IMG/VR virus record: IMGVR_UViG_3300022744_000022
Location: 144,487 to 208,486 of that record
DNA length: 64,000 nt
Reading direction: 5' to 3' (one strand)
Within the stretch, counting starts at the first letter, position 1, and each line of letters starts with the position of its first letter. The translations under genes and the position numbers were made by a program. The notes beneath the pieces were generated by a model. That model ran no database searches, had not been told where the DNA came from, and worked only from the letters and a program-made list of their open reading frames with translations. Below are positions 38,244 through 47,823 of the stretch, one piece after another.

Positions 38244-38432
38244 CTAACCGTTCGTGAAGCGCTTCCAGAGTGTCTGGGGCTGTACGCCGACCGCTTCGGC
38301 GTCGTTTGGTCCTGGGGTTGGGATCAAACGCCCGTGCTCGATGGCGAGGTAGACCACCTTACCGCTGGGATCCAGGGTGCAGAGGCGATCTTCCTCATCG
38401 ACGTACAGGTTCAACACTCGTAGCTCGGGCAT
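38244..38432 (-). CDS. Small protein, paralog of 47777-48115
   Basis: [21 protein letters not shown]. Confidence 0.6.
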   Translation of the reverse strand: MPELRVLNLYVDEEDRLCTLDPSGKVVYLAIEHGRLIPTPGPNDAEAVGVQPQTLWKRFTNG

Positions 38433-39036
38433 GCTCTTGCGCTACACCATCGGCCATGGCCTGCGCTTGGAAGAAAGCCCGCTTCTTAGCACAAGAGGTG
38501 CCTTCCAAGGGACATGTAGGTCCCGTTCGCTTAGCCCAATTACAATTTGCGCACAAAGTCTGAAAGCCTGGGGGAAATTTCTGCGCCACCAACCAAGAAA
38601 AAATCTGCGTGACTTTCTTACGGTGCTCTCTACCCCCACCGGCTACATGATCAATTTGCAGTAACCTCTCTTCTGGCTCTCCACAACAAGCACAAGCCTT
38701 CCCGTAATGTGCAAAGCATGCTAAACGGTCACGTTCGTAACGAGCTGTGGCCCAACGTCGAGCAGCAAATCGGTGATCCGCGTAATACCTGTTGTTGTAG
38801 TCAAAACACCTAGGGCATTTCCGATACCCCTCTTTGACTGGACGCCCGCACTCGCAAATCCCGCGATCCCGTAGTTTCTTCTTGCGGTTAGCCCGGTATT
38901 CATTCTGGACCAGATTACAAGGGTCACAATGATTCTTGGATACGCCCGGCTGAAATGGCTGGCGGCACTTCATACAGAGCCCCGCCTCTTTGAAGCGTTT
39001 TCTACGTGCCTTCTCTGCTTCAGATGCGGCTGACAT
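38395..39036 (-). CDS. Cys-rich HNH-like endonuclease
   Basis: CxxC repeats, [27 protein letters not shown]; visibly more AT-rich. Confidence 0.7.
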   Translation of the reverse strand: MSAASEAEKARRKRFKEAGLCMKCRQPFQPGVSKNHCDPCNLVQNEYRANRKKKLRDRGICECGRPVKEGYRKCPRCFDYNNRYYADHRFAARRWATARYERDRLACFAHYGKACACCGEPEERLLQIDHVAGGGREHRKKVTQIFSWLVAQKFPPGFQTLCANCNWAKRTGPTCPLEGTSCAKKRAFFQAQAMADGVAQEHARATSVEPVRR

Positions 39037-39577
39037 TCTCCTGAAGCATCTTTATAAATAGTTCCCCCTGTTCCTGTGCATCGGACAGGGCGACATGGGT
39101 ATGGGGGTTCTTGGAAAACCAACGCTTGGGCATGTTCCGCTTAGTAGCCTTTCGGAAGTCGCTCTTGAGCATGCACATGGCGAACGTCTTGATGTCTAGG
39201 CCGGAGAACGAGAAGGGGCTCTCGCCCGCGAACCTGATCAAGTACCAGTACACGAACATGAAGTCGTACGTGGCGGGGTACCCGACGAACACAGGCTTGC
39301 CAGGAAGGCCCTTGAGCCACTCTAGGTAGCCCTTCATGGCATCCACGGGGGTCACAAGGCCTTGACGGCACGCTGCCCAAGCCTCGGGCTGCCCCGCCCA
39401 CCATTCGGCGGTTTTGGGGTCTGCGGAGGCCCCTGGTAGCGTTTCTAGATTCCGCGTGAAGGTGTCGAGCAACGTGCCCTCTGACGAGAAGGCAGCGGAT
39501 CCGAAGCTCAGCATCGAGTTGGGGCCGGGGATTGGGCCGTCGGATTTAATGTCTGTGGAGACGTAGATTTCTTGCAT
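39020..39577 (-). CDS. DEDDh 3'-5' exonuclease (RNase AS-like); ExoI Glu reads Lys
   Basis: [33 protein letters not shown]. Confidence 0.8.
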   Translation of the reverse strand: MQEIYVSTDIKSDGPIPGPNSMLSFGSAAFSSEGTLLDTFTRNLETLPGASADPKTAEWWAGQPEAWAACRQGLVTPVDAMKGYLEWLKGLPGKPVFVGYPATYDFMFVYWYLIRFAGESPFSFSGLDIKTFAMCMLKSDFRKATKRNMPKRWFSKNPHTHVALSDAQEQGELFIKMLQENVSRI

Positions 39578-39586
39578 CCTGGCCGC

Positions 39587-39603
39587 TACACCAAGCCGGT
39601 GTA
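39587..39603. promoter_or_regulatory. Divergent pair of GGTGTA elements
   Basis: TACACC-aagcc-GGTGTA; starts 9 nt (39577) and 10 nt (39614) away. Confidence 0.65.
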
Positions 39604-39613
39604 CTCTGCCCGG

Positions 39614-40036
39614 GTGCTCATCAACCTACTCGGCCCGATCATCCTTGCACCGTACGCGGATCGGGATGAACTCAGCTTCTTGACCAAGGACACGCGCCCT
39701 AAGGGCCTCGTGACTGTGATCCACGACGGCCTTGTGTACAAACAGCAAGGGGGCGAGCGGCAGGTCTTGGTTGAGGCGTACTGGCAAGTCCAAGAAGGTG
39801 TGATCCGAACCGCAATCCCGCTCAACCAAGCCTGTGGGCATAAGTTCTACTGTGGACACGTCTGGACCTCAGAACACGGCGAGTTCAACGTCAACAACCG
39901 CATCGTCTCAGTGTGCCTCAATGACGACATCTTGATCGTTACCCCTACGGGCGGGCAACCGCTGATGCTTGACCTTGGGCTAAAGATGGAAATCACGCAG
40001 GAAAAGCGAACCCTCTGGGATCTCTTGGCTGACTAG
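39614..40036 (+). CDS. Hypothetical protein with C-terminal RTLWDLLAD tag
   Basis: GTG 39614. Confidence 0.65.
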   Translation: MLINLLGPIILAPYADRDELSFLTKDTRPKGLVTVIHDGLVYKQQGGERQVLVEAYWQVQEGVIRTAIPLNQACGHKFYCGHVWTSEHGEFNVNNRIVSVCLNDDILIVTPTGGQPLMLDLGLKMEITQEKRTLWDLLAD

Positions 40037-40058
40037 GACGCCTGGTGTATAGAGCGCC

Positions 40059-40439
40059 ATGCCAGATATCAATCCAGGGATCCGCCTTACCGTCGGGATG
40101 TTGAACGCAGCCGGACACAAAACCACTGACTCGGGGGATGGCGAAACCCGCGACTTCACGTGCGATCGTGAAAAACCCTACGTGGTCGTGGTTTCGACCC
40201 CCGAGCGCCTCGTTCAAGAAGCTCAAGAGATCGTCCAACTCTTGAAGGCCAACGGGATCTTGGTTTCGCCCATCGGGGACGACGAAGCCGGTGGCGTACA
40301 AATCCAAGCTACCTACGACCCCAGCATGGGGCAGGAACACGGCGCAGCACTGATCGATCTTTCCGGGATTCACGACCGGATGCTGCCGCCGGTCATCATT
40401 TTCATGGGGCCCTGCGTGCCCTTTTGCACAGGCAGTTGA
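40059..40439 (+). CDS. Hypothetical protein
   Basis: GGTGTA 9 nt before ATG; INPGIR..V..LN..G..T.DSGDG. Confidence 0.65.
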   Translation: MPDINPGIRLTVGMLNAAGHKTTDSGDGETRDFTCDREKPYVVVVSTPERLVQEAQEIVQLLKANGILVSPIGDDEAGGVQIQATYDPSMGQEHGAALIDLSGIHDRMLPPVIIFMGPCVPFCTGS

Positions 40440-40537
40440 AAACAAGCCTTGCGCCCTTCTCGGTCGGTGTAGTAGAACCGGGTGTCCTTGAATCGGTGTA
40501 GTAAGGGGACCCGGACTACCCGGCGAGAAAGAGTCGA

Positions 40538-41221
40538 ATGACGAACGCATTCTGGAAGGGTCTGGCCAAGGTCGGACTTGTTGAGATCAACGAAGACGCC
40601 CCCGCCGCCTCTCAAGGCGAGACGGCTGCACAGCATACGGCGGTCACGGCTCGCCCTGCGGCCACACCGGCGGCACCTCCTGTCGGCGACCCTGGGCTCG
40701 TGGCAACCCTAGACGAGTCATCCAGGGCACAGCTCGTGGCTTCGATGGAGGCATCGGGGGCACAGCTCGTAGAAGACCTGATGGACATGCTCGGGACGCT
40801 CCGGGAGAACATCACCGATGAAGCGGCGCTCTACAAGGCGGCGCTCAAGATCCTGATCAAGCAGGGCAACACAGTCCTGGCGATTCGTCAGGACTTCGAC
40901 AAGTGCATCGGGGCCCTCGAAACCACAAACCGCGAGTTTGCGGCTCAACTCAAGAGCCAACTTGACAAGCGGGTGGGTGGTAAGCTCAAGACCGCTCAAG
41001 ACTGCAAGGCTCAGATAGCTGCCAAGCAGCAACAGATCGAAGCACTTCAGAACGAAGTGGCCAACCTTGCGGCCCAAGCTCACGAAGCTGAGGGCAGTGT
41101 GGCCGATGAACAGGCCAAGCTCGATCTCGCTCAACAGCGGTTCACACACAACTACACAGCGATTCGCGGAGAAATTGAAGCCAACTGCGCGAAGGTCGCC
41201 CAGTACGGGGAGAAGCTATGA
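40538..41221 (+). CDS. Coiled-coil protein (operon gene 1)
   Basis: Long heptad-like C-terminal half; coupled to next gene. Confidence 0.75.
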   Translation: MTNAFWKGLAKVGLVEINEDAPAASQGETAAQHTAVTARPAATPAAPPVGDPGLVATLDESSRAQLVASMEASGAQLVEDLMDMLGTLRENITDEAALYKAALKILIKQGNTVLAIRQDFDKCIGALETTNREFAAQLKSQLDKRVGGKLKTAQDCKAQIAAKQQQIEALQNEVANLAAQAHEAEGSVADEQAKLDLAQQRFTHNYTAIRGEIEANCAKVAQYGEKL

Positions 41222-42282
41222 ACGAGATCACGACCAGTCAGCCAAAGAAGTGGTACGAGAAGCCGGAGAACGTCCTGGTCTACGGCGTGCTTGGGGGCGT
41301 GGCTGTCTACAGCATCAAGCACATCGAGTCGATCGTTGCCTCGATCGTCCACATCATCGAGATGGGGGTCTGGGGGCTCGCGTTGCTGCTGGTGGGTTCC
41401 GTGCTGGGCTTCATGCTCGTCAACGGCGACTTCCACCGTGCCGCATGGCTGCTGTACGAAAACGCCATGCGTAAGGTTACGGGCCTGATCGTTGAGCTGG
41501 ACCCTATTGGGTCCATGAAGTCCTTCCTCAAGAGCTTAGGCAAGTACCAACAACAGCTCAAGACGAGTTTGCAAGCCATGCGTGGGCAGGCTGAGAAGCT
41601 CACGGACAAGCTCTCTCGTTCGGATCAGGCACAAGAGCACAGCCTCAAGCTGATGTCGCAGGCTCAGTCCCGTTCAACCGAAAAGGGCATGGCCCTTGAG
41701 ATGCGCAAGCAAGGTCGGAAAGCCTCTCGCGCCGAAGATCTCTCGATCACGTACCAAGGCCTACTCAACAAGGTCCGCATGATGATCGCGGTCATGGAGA
41801 AGGTCGAGGAAGCCACGGACTTCATGGTCGTGGACATCGCGGAAACCATCGAGACGGAATCCGAAAAGCGGGAGACCATCAACGAAGCTTGGAAGGCTAT
41901 GAACGCCGCCAAGCGTATCCTTGCCAAGAACAAGCAGCGTGAGATCTACGACATGGCGTTGGAAGCGACGCAGCGTGACTACGCCTTCAAGGTCGGCGAG
42001 ATCAAACAGTTCATGCGGGACACCGAGAGCTTCATCAACACGATGGATCTCGAAAACGGTGTGGCAGACGCCGATGCCCTCAAGATGCTTGAGCGTTGGG
42101 AGCAACGTTCCCTTGCTCTGCTCGAAGGCGGCTCGGGTAAGACCAAGTACCGTGTGGCCCCCGTCACAGCGGGCAGCTCACGCATGCTCGTGTCCAGCAC
42201 CGGCGCTCAAGTGATCGATGCCGAGATAGTTGAAGGCGACCGGCCTTCGTTCGCCACTCTCTTCGACAAGCTCGACAAGTAG
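41218..42282 (+). CDS. Membrane-anchored PspA/IM30-like coiled-coil protein
   Basis: Two N-terminal hydrophobic helices, then ELDPIGSMK.. and a long coiled coil. Confidence 0.6.
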   Translation: MNEITTSQPKKWYEKPENVLVYGVLGGVAVYSIKHIESIVASIVHIIEMGVWGLALLLVGSVLGFMLVNGDFHRAAWLLYENAMRKVTGLIVELDPIGSMKSFLKSLGKYQQQLKTSLQAMRGQAEKLTDKLSRSDQAQEHSLKLMSQAQSRSTEKGMALEMRKQGRKASRAEDLSITYQGLLNKVRMMIAVMEKVEEATDFMVVDIAETIETESEKRETINEAWKAMNAAKRILAKNKQREIYDMALEATQRDYAFKVGEIKQFMRDTESFINTMDLENGVADADALKMLERWEQRSLALLEGGSGKTKYRVAPVTAGSSRMLVSSTGAQVIDAEIVEGDRPSFATLFDKLDK

Positions 42283-42306
42283 ACCTCAGGAAAGAAGGCT
42301 ATTGTT

Positions 42307-44142
42307 ATGAAAGACGTTACGTTCAAGAAAGGCCCACTTTTTACCCTACTCGGTATCCTGGGGGCAGGTTTCGGGCTCTACTACGCCTACAACCACGGCT
42401 ACCTCGGGCCCTCCAGTGCTGGTCCCGCTTCGATCCCTCAGGTGGCGGCCCTTCCGGATGCCCCCGAAGCGGTGATCCCGCAGGTGGCGGTCCCGATTGC
42501 TCCACTACCGTCGGCCACCCCGGCGGCCGTTCCTGGACCTAGCGTCCGGTTCCTCGGGATGGCGTGGAACTCGCAGATGGGTCTGGCGTTCGCCAATGGC
42601 GGCCCCAAGACCACCGTGGGCAGTCTCATGGAGCAGCACAAGGTCAACCTGACCTTCACCCGTGAGGATGACTGCGGCAAGATGCAGACGCAGCTCATTG
42701 CGTTCGCCAAGTCCCTCAAGGACGGGGATCCCAACCCTACGGACGGCGCTCACTTCGTCGCTGTGATGGGCGATGGTTCCGCAGCCTTCATTGCAGGCAT
42801 GTGGGACGAGTTGAAGAAGCTCGGTCCCGAGTACCTGCCCGAAGTGATCGGCTCCGCTGGTTACTCGCGTGGCGAAGACAAGCTCATGGGGCCCGCCGCA
42901 TGGAAGCAAACCCCCAAGCTCATGCGGGGCAGCCTGATCGCTGGCTACCTGCGGGATGGTGACTGGAACATCGCCCTCAAGTTCGGTGCGGACAACGGGG
43001 TCAAGAACAACCCGGATGAACGGACCTGGGACCCGGATGCCATGAACTGGTACTCCACCAGCGACTTTATCGCGGCGGGTGACGCCTACATCAACGGCGT
43101 TTGCGAAGATCGTCCTGTAGTCCGTGACGGCAAGCGTACGGGCGAGACCAAGCACATTTGCGTCAACGGTGTCGTGACGTGGACCCCGGGTGACGTGAAC
43201 ATCGCGACTCAAAAGGGTGGCCTCGTCTCGATCGTCTCGACGGCTGACGGTCGTTTTGGCCCAGGGTCAATCGGTTACCGTTCGCAGATGCCCAACACCA
43301 TCATCGGTATCAAGAAGTGGAACCAGGCCAATCGTAAGACGGTCGAGAACTTCCTGGCCGCCATGTACGAAGGCGGAGATCAGGTGAAGGCCAGCCCGGC
43401 GGCTTTGACCCGGGGTGCTCAGGCCTCAGCGGTCATCTACCACGACAAGGATGCAGCGTACTGGGAGAAGTATTTCAAGGGCGTCGTGGAGAACGACAAG
43501 ACGGGTGTGCCGGTCGAGCTTGGCGGTTCCTCTGTCAACAACCTGCAAGACGCGGGCCGCCTCTACGGTCTTACCCAAGGTGCTCCGAATCTCTTTGCCG
43601 CCACCTACACGGTGTTCGGTGACCTCGTGAAGCAACAGTACCCGAAGCTTGTCCCGAGCTACCCGCCGGTCCAGGACGTGCTCAACGCGAGCTACACCCA
43701 AAACCTACTGCAAGCGCAACAGGCGTCGGGCGTGGCCGTGGTAGCAGCGGACAAGCCGGTGTTCGAGGCCAAGACCGAAGTCACGCAAGTCGTCTCAAAG
43801 CGTGAGTGGCCCATCAACTTCGAGACGGGCAAGGCCACCTTTACCCCTGAGACACTGACGCAACTAAACGAGCTGTACAACGGCCTCTTGGTTGCGGAGG
43901 AATTGGGGATCGTGATTGAGGGCCACACGGACTCCACGGGTGACCCCATCAAGAACCAGACCCTCAGTCAGATGCGTGCCGATGCGGTTCGTGACTGGCT
44001 CATGCAGCAAGGTGCATCGAGCTTCCCTCGTGACCGCTTCATCAAGGTCAAGGGGCTCGGGGACACCAAGCCGGTGGCCACCAACGATACCGACACAGGG
44101 CGGGCCAAGAACCGTCGTGTGGTCGTCATCTTGGGCACCTGA
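42307..44142 (+). CDS. Periplasmic substrate-binding (SsuA/NMT1-like) domain fused to OmpA-like peptidoglycan-binding domain
   Basis: N-terminal TM; SAGYSRGED; C-terminal INFETGKA, IEGHTDSTG, N.TLS..RA.AV, G.G..KP, GRAKNRRV. Confidence 0.85.
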   Translation: MKDVTFKKGPLFTLLGILGAGFGLYYAYNHGYLGPSSAGPASIPQVAALPDAPEAVIPQVAVPIAPLPSATPAAVPGPSVRFLGMAWNSQMGLAFANGGPKTTVGSLMEQHKVNLTFTREDDCGKMQTQLIAFAKSLKDGDPNPTDGAHFVAVMGDGSAAFIAGMWDELKKLGPEYLPEVIGSAGYSRGEDKLMGPAAWKQTPKLMRGSLIAGYLRDGDWNIALKFGADNGVKNNPDERTWDPDAMNWYSTSDFIAAGDAYINGVCEDRPVVRDGKRTGETKHICVNGVVTWTPGDVNIATQKGGLVSIVSTADGRFGPGSIGYRSQMPNTIIGIKKWNQANRKTVENFLAAMYEGGDQVKASPAALTRGAQASAVIYHDKDAAYWEKYFKGVVENDKTGVPVELGGSSVNNLQDAGRLYGLTQGAPNLFAATYTVFGDLVKQQYPKLVPSYPPVQDVLNASYTQNLLQAQQASGVAVVAADKPVFEAKTEVTQVVSKREWPINFETGKATFTPETLTQLNELYNGLLVAEELGIVIEGHTDSTGDPIKNQTLSQMRADAVRDWLMQQGASSFPRDRFIKVKGLGDTKPVATNDTDTGRAKNRRVVVILGT

Positions 44143-44151
44143 AATAGCCCC

Positions 44152-44931
44152 ATGACCAACGCCTTTCGACCCAACCGAAGCCTCACCGGACAAGCCTGGA
44201 CCATCCTCTTGGGTGTGGAGGCCGCTGCGTTCCTGCTTATCTGGACCTTCGGGGACGCCTACTCGATCCCGGGGCCCTACGAGGTGCTGCAAGCTCTCGG
44301 AAGGGCTATCCGGGACGACGGGCTGCTCTACGAGCTAGGGGTCAGCTTCCGGATCAACGTGGAGGCCTTGGCGATCTCCACGTTGATCTCGGTAGGGCTC
44401 GCATGGCTCTCTGTCCTGGCTGCCGTACGCCCCATCGTGGCCGTGCTGTCTAGGGCCAGGTTTCTCAGTCTCGCGGGATTCGTGACCGTGTTCACGTTTG
44501 CCTTTGGGGGCGGCCATGCCCTCAAGGTGTCGCTCCTGACCTTCGGTATCTCGGTCTTCTTTCTCACGTCGATGGCCTCGGTGATCGCTTCGATCCCCCG
44601 AGCCGACTGGGATCAGGCCCGGTCCCTGAGAATGTCGGACTGGCGGAGTGTCTGGGAGATCGCTGTGCTCGGGAAGGCCGACGAAACGTTCGAGATGTTC
44701 CGCCAGAACGCTGCGATCGGCTGGGTGATGCTCACCATGGTCGAGGGTTTGGTCCGCTCTGAGGGCGGCGTGGGTGGCATCCTGCTCAACTCCACCCGCT
44801 ACCGAAACTTCGCCGCCGTGTTCGCAGTGCAAATTGCCGTGGCTCTCTTGGGTGCCGGACAAGACCGCCTGATCGCGTACCTCAAGCACAAGGTGTGCCC
44901 TTACAGTGCCCTCACGTTGGAGCGTAACTAA
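44152..44931 (+). CDS. ABC transporter permease (SsuC/TauC-like)
   Basis: About 6 TM segments; IP....DQARSL.MS.W, E......GGVG. Confidence 0.85.
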   Translation: MTNAFRPNRSLTGQAWTILLGVEAAAFLLIWTFGDAYSIPGPYEVLQALGRAIRDDGLLYELGVSFRINVEALAISTLISVGLAWLSVLAAVRPIVAVLSRARFLSLAGFVTVFTFAFGGGHALKVSLLTFGISVFFLTSMASVIASIPRADWDQARSLRMSDWRSVWEIAVLGKADETFEMFRQNAAIGWVMLTMVEGLVRSEGGVGGILLNSTRYRNFAAVFAVQIAVALLGAGQDRLIAYLKHKVCPYSALTLERN

Positions 44932-44933
44932 TC

Positions 44934-45878
44934 ATGGGTTTCAACGATCTTGCCAACCAAGCTCTAGAGGGCGCTTCCGTACGAGCCCCCGAGACCCGGC
45001 ACTCTAAAGTGGGGCAATACTCTCTCGGGGAAGTGCTGGTACGAGTCACGGACGTGACGCTCAGCTTCCAGAACAAAGACAACCCGGATGAGCCTCCGAA
45101 AGTTGTGCTCAAGCCTACGAGCATCGAGGTTCGGAACATCAGCCGTCCGAGTCTTGAGCAGGGACAGGTTGTGGGGCTGCTCGGGCCCTCGGGCATCGGC
45201 AAGTCGCAATTCAGCCGCATCCTCGCGGGGCTCCAGAAGCCTACGAGTGGCCAAGTGCTGGTCAGTGACTTCGAGGCGGACAAGACAGGGGCTCAGCTTC
45301 GCCCTGTCGAAGCCGGGCACGTCGGGATGGTCGCTCAGGACTACCCGTTGTTTCGGTGGCGTACTGTGCTCGGGAACCTGATCGTCGCGTTGGAGCACAC
45401 CACGCTGTCCAAGAAGGACAAGATCGAGAGGGCTCAAGAGTACCTCAGGCTGTTTGACGTTCAAGAGCTGGCCCCCAAGTACCCGGCTCAGCTCTCGGGT
45501 GGGCAACGTCAACGGATCGCGATCATCCGGCAACTCTTGTGTGCCGAGCACTTCATCGTGATGGACGAGCCCTTCACGGGTCTAGACCCGATCTCGAAGG
45601 ACATCGTGTGCGAAGTGATCAACAAGGTCGCGACACTGCACGAGCACAACACCATCTTCGTGGTGGCTCACGACATCACCGCGTTGTGCCAAATTTCCGA
45701 TCAGCTCTGGCTCTTTGGCCGGGACCGTGACGAAGAAGGCAAGGTGATCCCCGGTGCTACGGTCAAGACCAAGTTCGACCTCATCGAGCGAGGGCTAGCG
45801 TGGCAGCCCGGCATCTACGAGACGCAGCCTTTCACGGATTTCGTGCGTGAGGTTCGTTCGGAATTCAGGCACCTCTAG
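44934..45878 (+). CDS. ABC transporter ATP-binding protein (SsuB/TauB-like)
   Basis: GPSGIGKS, Q-loop, LSGGQRQR, IVMDEPF, AHD. Confidence 0.95.
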   Translation: MGFNDLANQALEGASVRAPETRHSKVGQYSLGEVLVRVTDVTLSFQNKDNPDEPPKVVLKPTSIEVRNISRPSLEQGQVVGLLGPSGIGKSQFSRILAGLQKPTSGQVLVSDFEADKTGAQLRPVEAGHVGMVAQDYPLFRWRTVLGNLIVALEHTTLSKKDKIERAQEYLRLFDVQELAPKYPAQLSGGQRQRIAIIRQLLCAEHFIVMDEPFTGLDPISKDIVCEVINKVATLHEHNTIFVVAHDITALCQISDQLWLFGRDRDEEGKVIPGATVKTKFDLIERGLAWQPGIYETQPFTDFVREVRSEFRHL

Positions 45879-45887
45879 GAGTAAATT

Positions 45888-46898
45888 ATGCACACCTTCA
45901 CCGTTGGCACCGAGAAGATGGCCGAGTGGTTCCTTCAGTCGCTCACGGAGGGGCACCGCTACGGTCCTCAACCCTTCGTTAAAGCGCTGGAGGGGTCGAG
46001 TATCTTGAGTGAGCCGACGGGACCGCTCTTGGGCACGACGGCTCGCAATGCCTTCTACTGGGGGCTGACGACGGCGTTCAGCCAACACGTGCCGCTTCGG
46101 ATCTCTCCCGACGCGGTGTGGCTGACGATCTTGAACGGGCTTACGCAGCACATCGACGAGAACCCCGAGGGGCTCCGGCACCACTTCGTGGAGCATGCGG
46201 GTAAGGAAACCTTGCAGGTTTCGGTCGAAGGCTCGCGGTGGGCCGAGCAAGGCGTGCAGCTCATGTCGGCGGCGTTGAAAGAGCGCCTTGGCAAGCGTCA
46301 CGACCTGATCGTGTCGTCGTTTTCGACAACGGCGGACGTGGATCGTGTTGCCTCGGAGATCATGCTCATGGGGGCGATGAAGCACTACTTCGAGTATCGT
46401 ATGATGCTCTGCTGCGGCTTGACCAACGTGACGATCTTGGGCGAGCCCGCCGACTGGGAGAACATCAAAGTTCGGCTCGGGGCAATGAGCGAGTTCGATC
46501 TCAAGTGGTGGACCGATCACTTGATCCCGATCGTGGACCAATTCAAGTCCGCCTGTGAGGGCAACCCAGACGTGGACTTTTGGAAGCGTCTGTACGTTCG
46601 CGAAGGCTACGGCTCGGGCGGCCAGCATGGTTTCACGGGGTGGCTGACGGCGTTCTACCCGTACTTGCAGGCTGCTCGCGGGGCCCGCGAGCGCAACCCG
46701 AAGGTCAACTGGGCTGCGGCTGGCCGTGTGGATGCGGACGACCTTCCTTCAGGGCTGGCGTTTGCTCCAGTGACCGTCGTATACCCAGACGGCTCGGAGC
46801 ACCCTCACAAGTTCTACGGGGGCGTCGTGGGCTGTACGTTCGAGGAAGGGGCCATTCGGCCGATCTCAGGCTGGTCAGCGCAAGAGCAACCAGCGTAG
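45888..46898 (+). CDS. DUF4419-like protein
   Basis: AFSQHVPLRISPDAVWLTI, FSTT, LMGAMKHYFEY....CG...VT..G...DW. Confidence 0.8.
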   Translation: MHTFTVGTEKMAEWFLQSLTEGHRYGPQPFVKALEGSSILSEPTGPLLGTTARNAFYWGLTTAFSQHVPLRISPDAVWLTILNGLTQHIDENPEGLRHHFVEHAGKETLQVSVEGSRWAEQGVQLMSAALKERLGKRHDLIVSSFSTTADVDRVASEIMLMGAMKHYFEYRMMLCCGLTNVTILGEPADWENIKVRLGAMSEFDLKWWTDHLIPIVDQFKSACEGNPDVDFWKRLYVREGYGSGGQHGFTGWLTAFYPYLQAARGARERNPKVNWAAAGRVDADDLPSGLAFAPVTVVYPDGSEHPHKFYGGVVGCTFEEGAIRPISGWSAQEQPA

Positions 46899-46899
46899 A

Positions 46900-47199
46900 T
46901 CACCCCAGGATCTCTTTCACTCGCTCGTCCAGGGTCTCTTTACCGTGGACGATTTCGATGATGTGCAGCGAGCCCCGCCAACGATTCAGGCCGTCGTCCT
47001 TCGGATCCTTGACGCCCAGGCCCGTCAGATCGTCGTCAAGCCCGCGTTGGACCTTGGCTTCGGCTTCAACGCGCCCCATCTCGTCACGGCAGACTTCGAG
47101 CGCTTCCTCTTCGGTCATCCCGTAGTGCGTGAAATCGTCCACGACGGTGGAGAATCTGGCCAACAGACCGTTGGGTTGTTTCACGATCCGGGATGGCAT
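46900..47199 (-). CDS. Hypothetical protein
   Basis: KQPNGL.ARFSTVVD.FTHY.MTEEE. Confidence 0.65.
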   Translation of the reverse strand: MPSRIVKQPNGLLARFSTVVDDFTHYGMTEEEALEVCRDEMGRVEAEAKVQRGLDDDLTGLGVKDPKDDGLNRWRGSLHIIEIVHGKETLDERVKEILG

Positions 47200-47441
47200 G
47201 TCTCTTTCGCTTTCCAGCCCTCTTTACGGGCCTTCTCTAACAAGTCGAGGGTGTCGTCGGGCCTGGAAACCGAGACCCGAGTGTGTGGGATCCCGGCGGA
47301 CTCCAGGTCATCCAATTCGATGCGATGGACCTCGCCGTCCTCTTGGTCGCCCATCTCGAAGTAGCCTTCAAGCGGTCGCCAAGTCCAGAGCCAACCGCAG
47401 CGTTCCTTACCGTCCTTGGTTCGGATCACCAGGTCATGCAT
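47181..47441 (-). CDS. Hypothetical protein
   Basis: Overlapping ORF in block. Confidence 0.55.
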   Translation of the reverse strand: MHDLVIRTKDGKERCGWLWTWRPLEGYFEMGDQEDGEVHRIELDDLESAGIPHTRVSVSRPDDTLDLLEKARKEGWKAKETCHPGS

Positions 47442-47823
47442 TGGGCTTTTTCTGGTCCGCCTTGAACCCGCGAGTTTTGGCCCGGGTGATCCGCTTGATC
47501 CGCTTCTCGACCAGCTCTTGGATCACTTCCTCGCGAGCCTTTGTACAAGCCTGTACCAAGAGCGTGTCTTCGTAGAGCCGCAGCTTTCGCAACGCTTCCT
47601 CAGGCGTGTAGTCGGGGTAGACCTTCGTGGGCTCGTCCGTGTCGTGAAGCCAAACGCGACCCTCACGTGGGTTGCACATGACCACGAACATACCGCCAGA
47701 GCTGAGGCTCAGAATGCCGCGAGCCTTCGTGACGGAGTGCCCCGTCTCTGGGTAGCTCGCGTACTGCCCCAGCCGATCAATCCGCCGAGCCGTGTCCTGA
47801 ATCTTTTGCAGTAGAGTTGCCAC
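47434..47823 (-). CDS. Hypothetical protein
   Basis: GGTGTA 10 nt before GTG. Confidence 0.6.
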   Translation of the reverse strand: MATLLQKIQDTARRIDRLGQYASYPETGHSVTKARGILSLSSGGMFVVMCNPREGRVWLHDTDEPTKVYPDYTPEEALRKLRLYEDTLLVQACTKAREEVIQELVEKRIKRITRAKTRGFKADQKKPNA

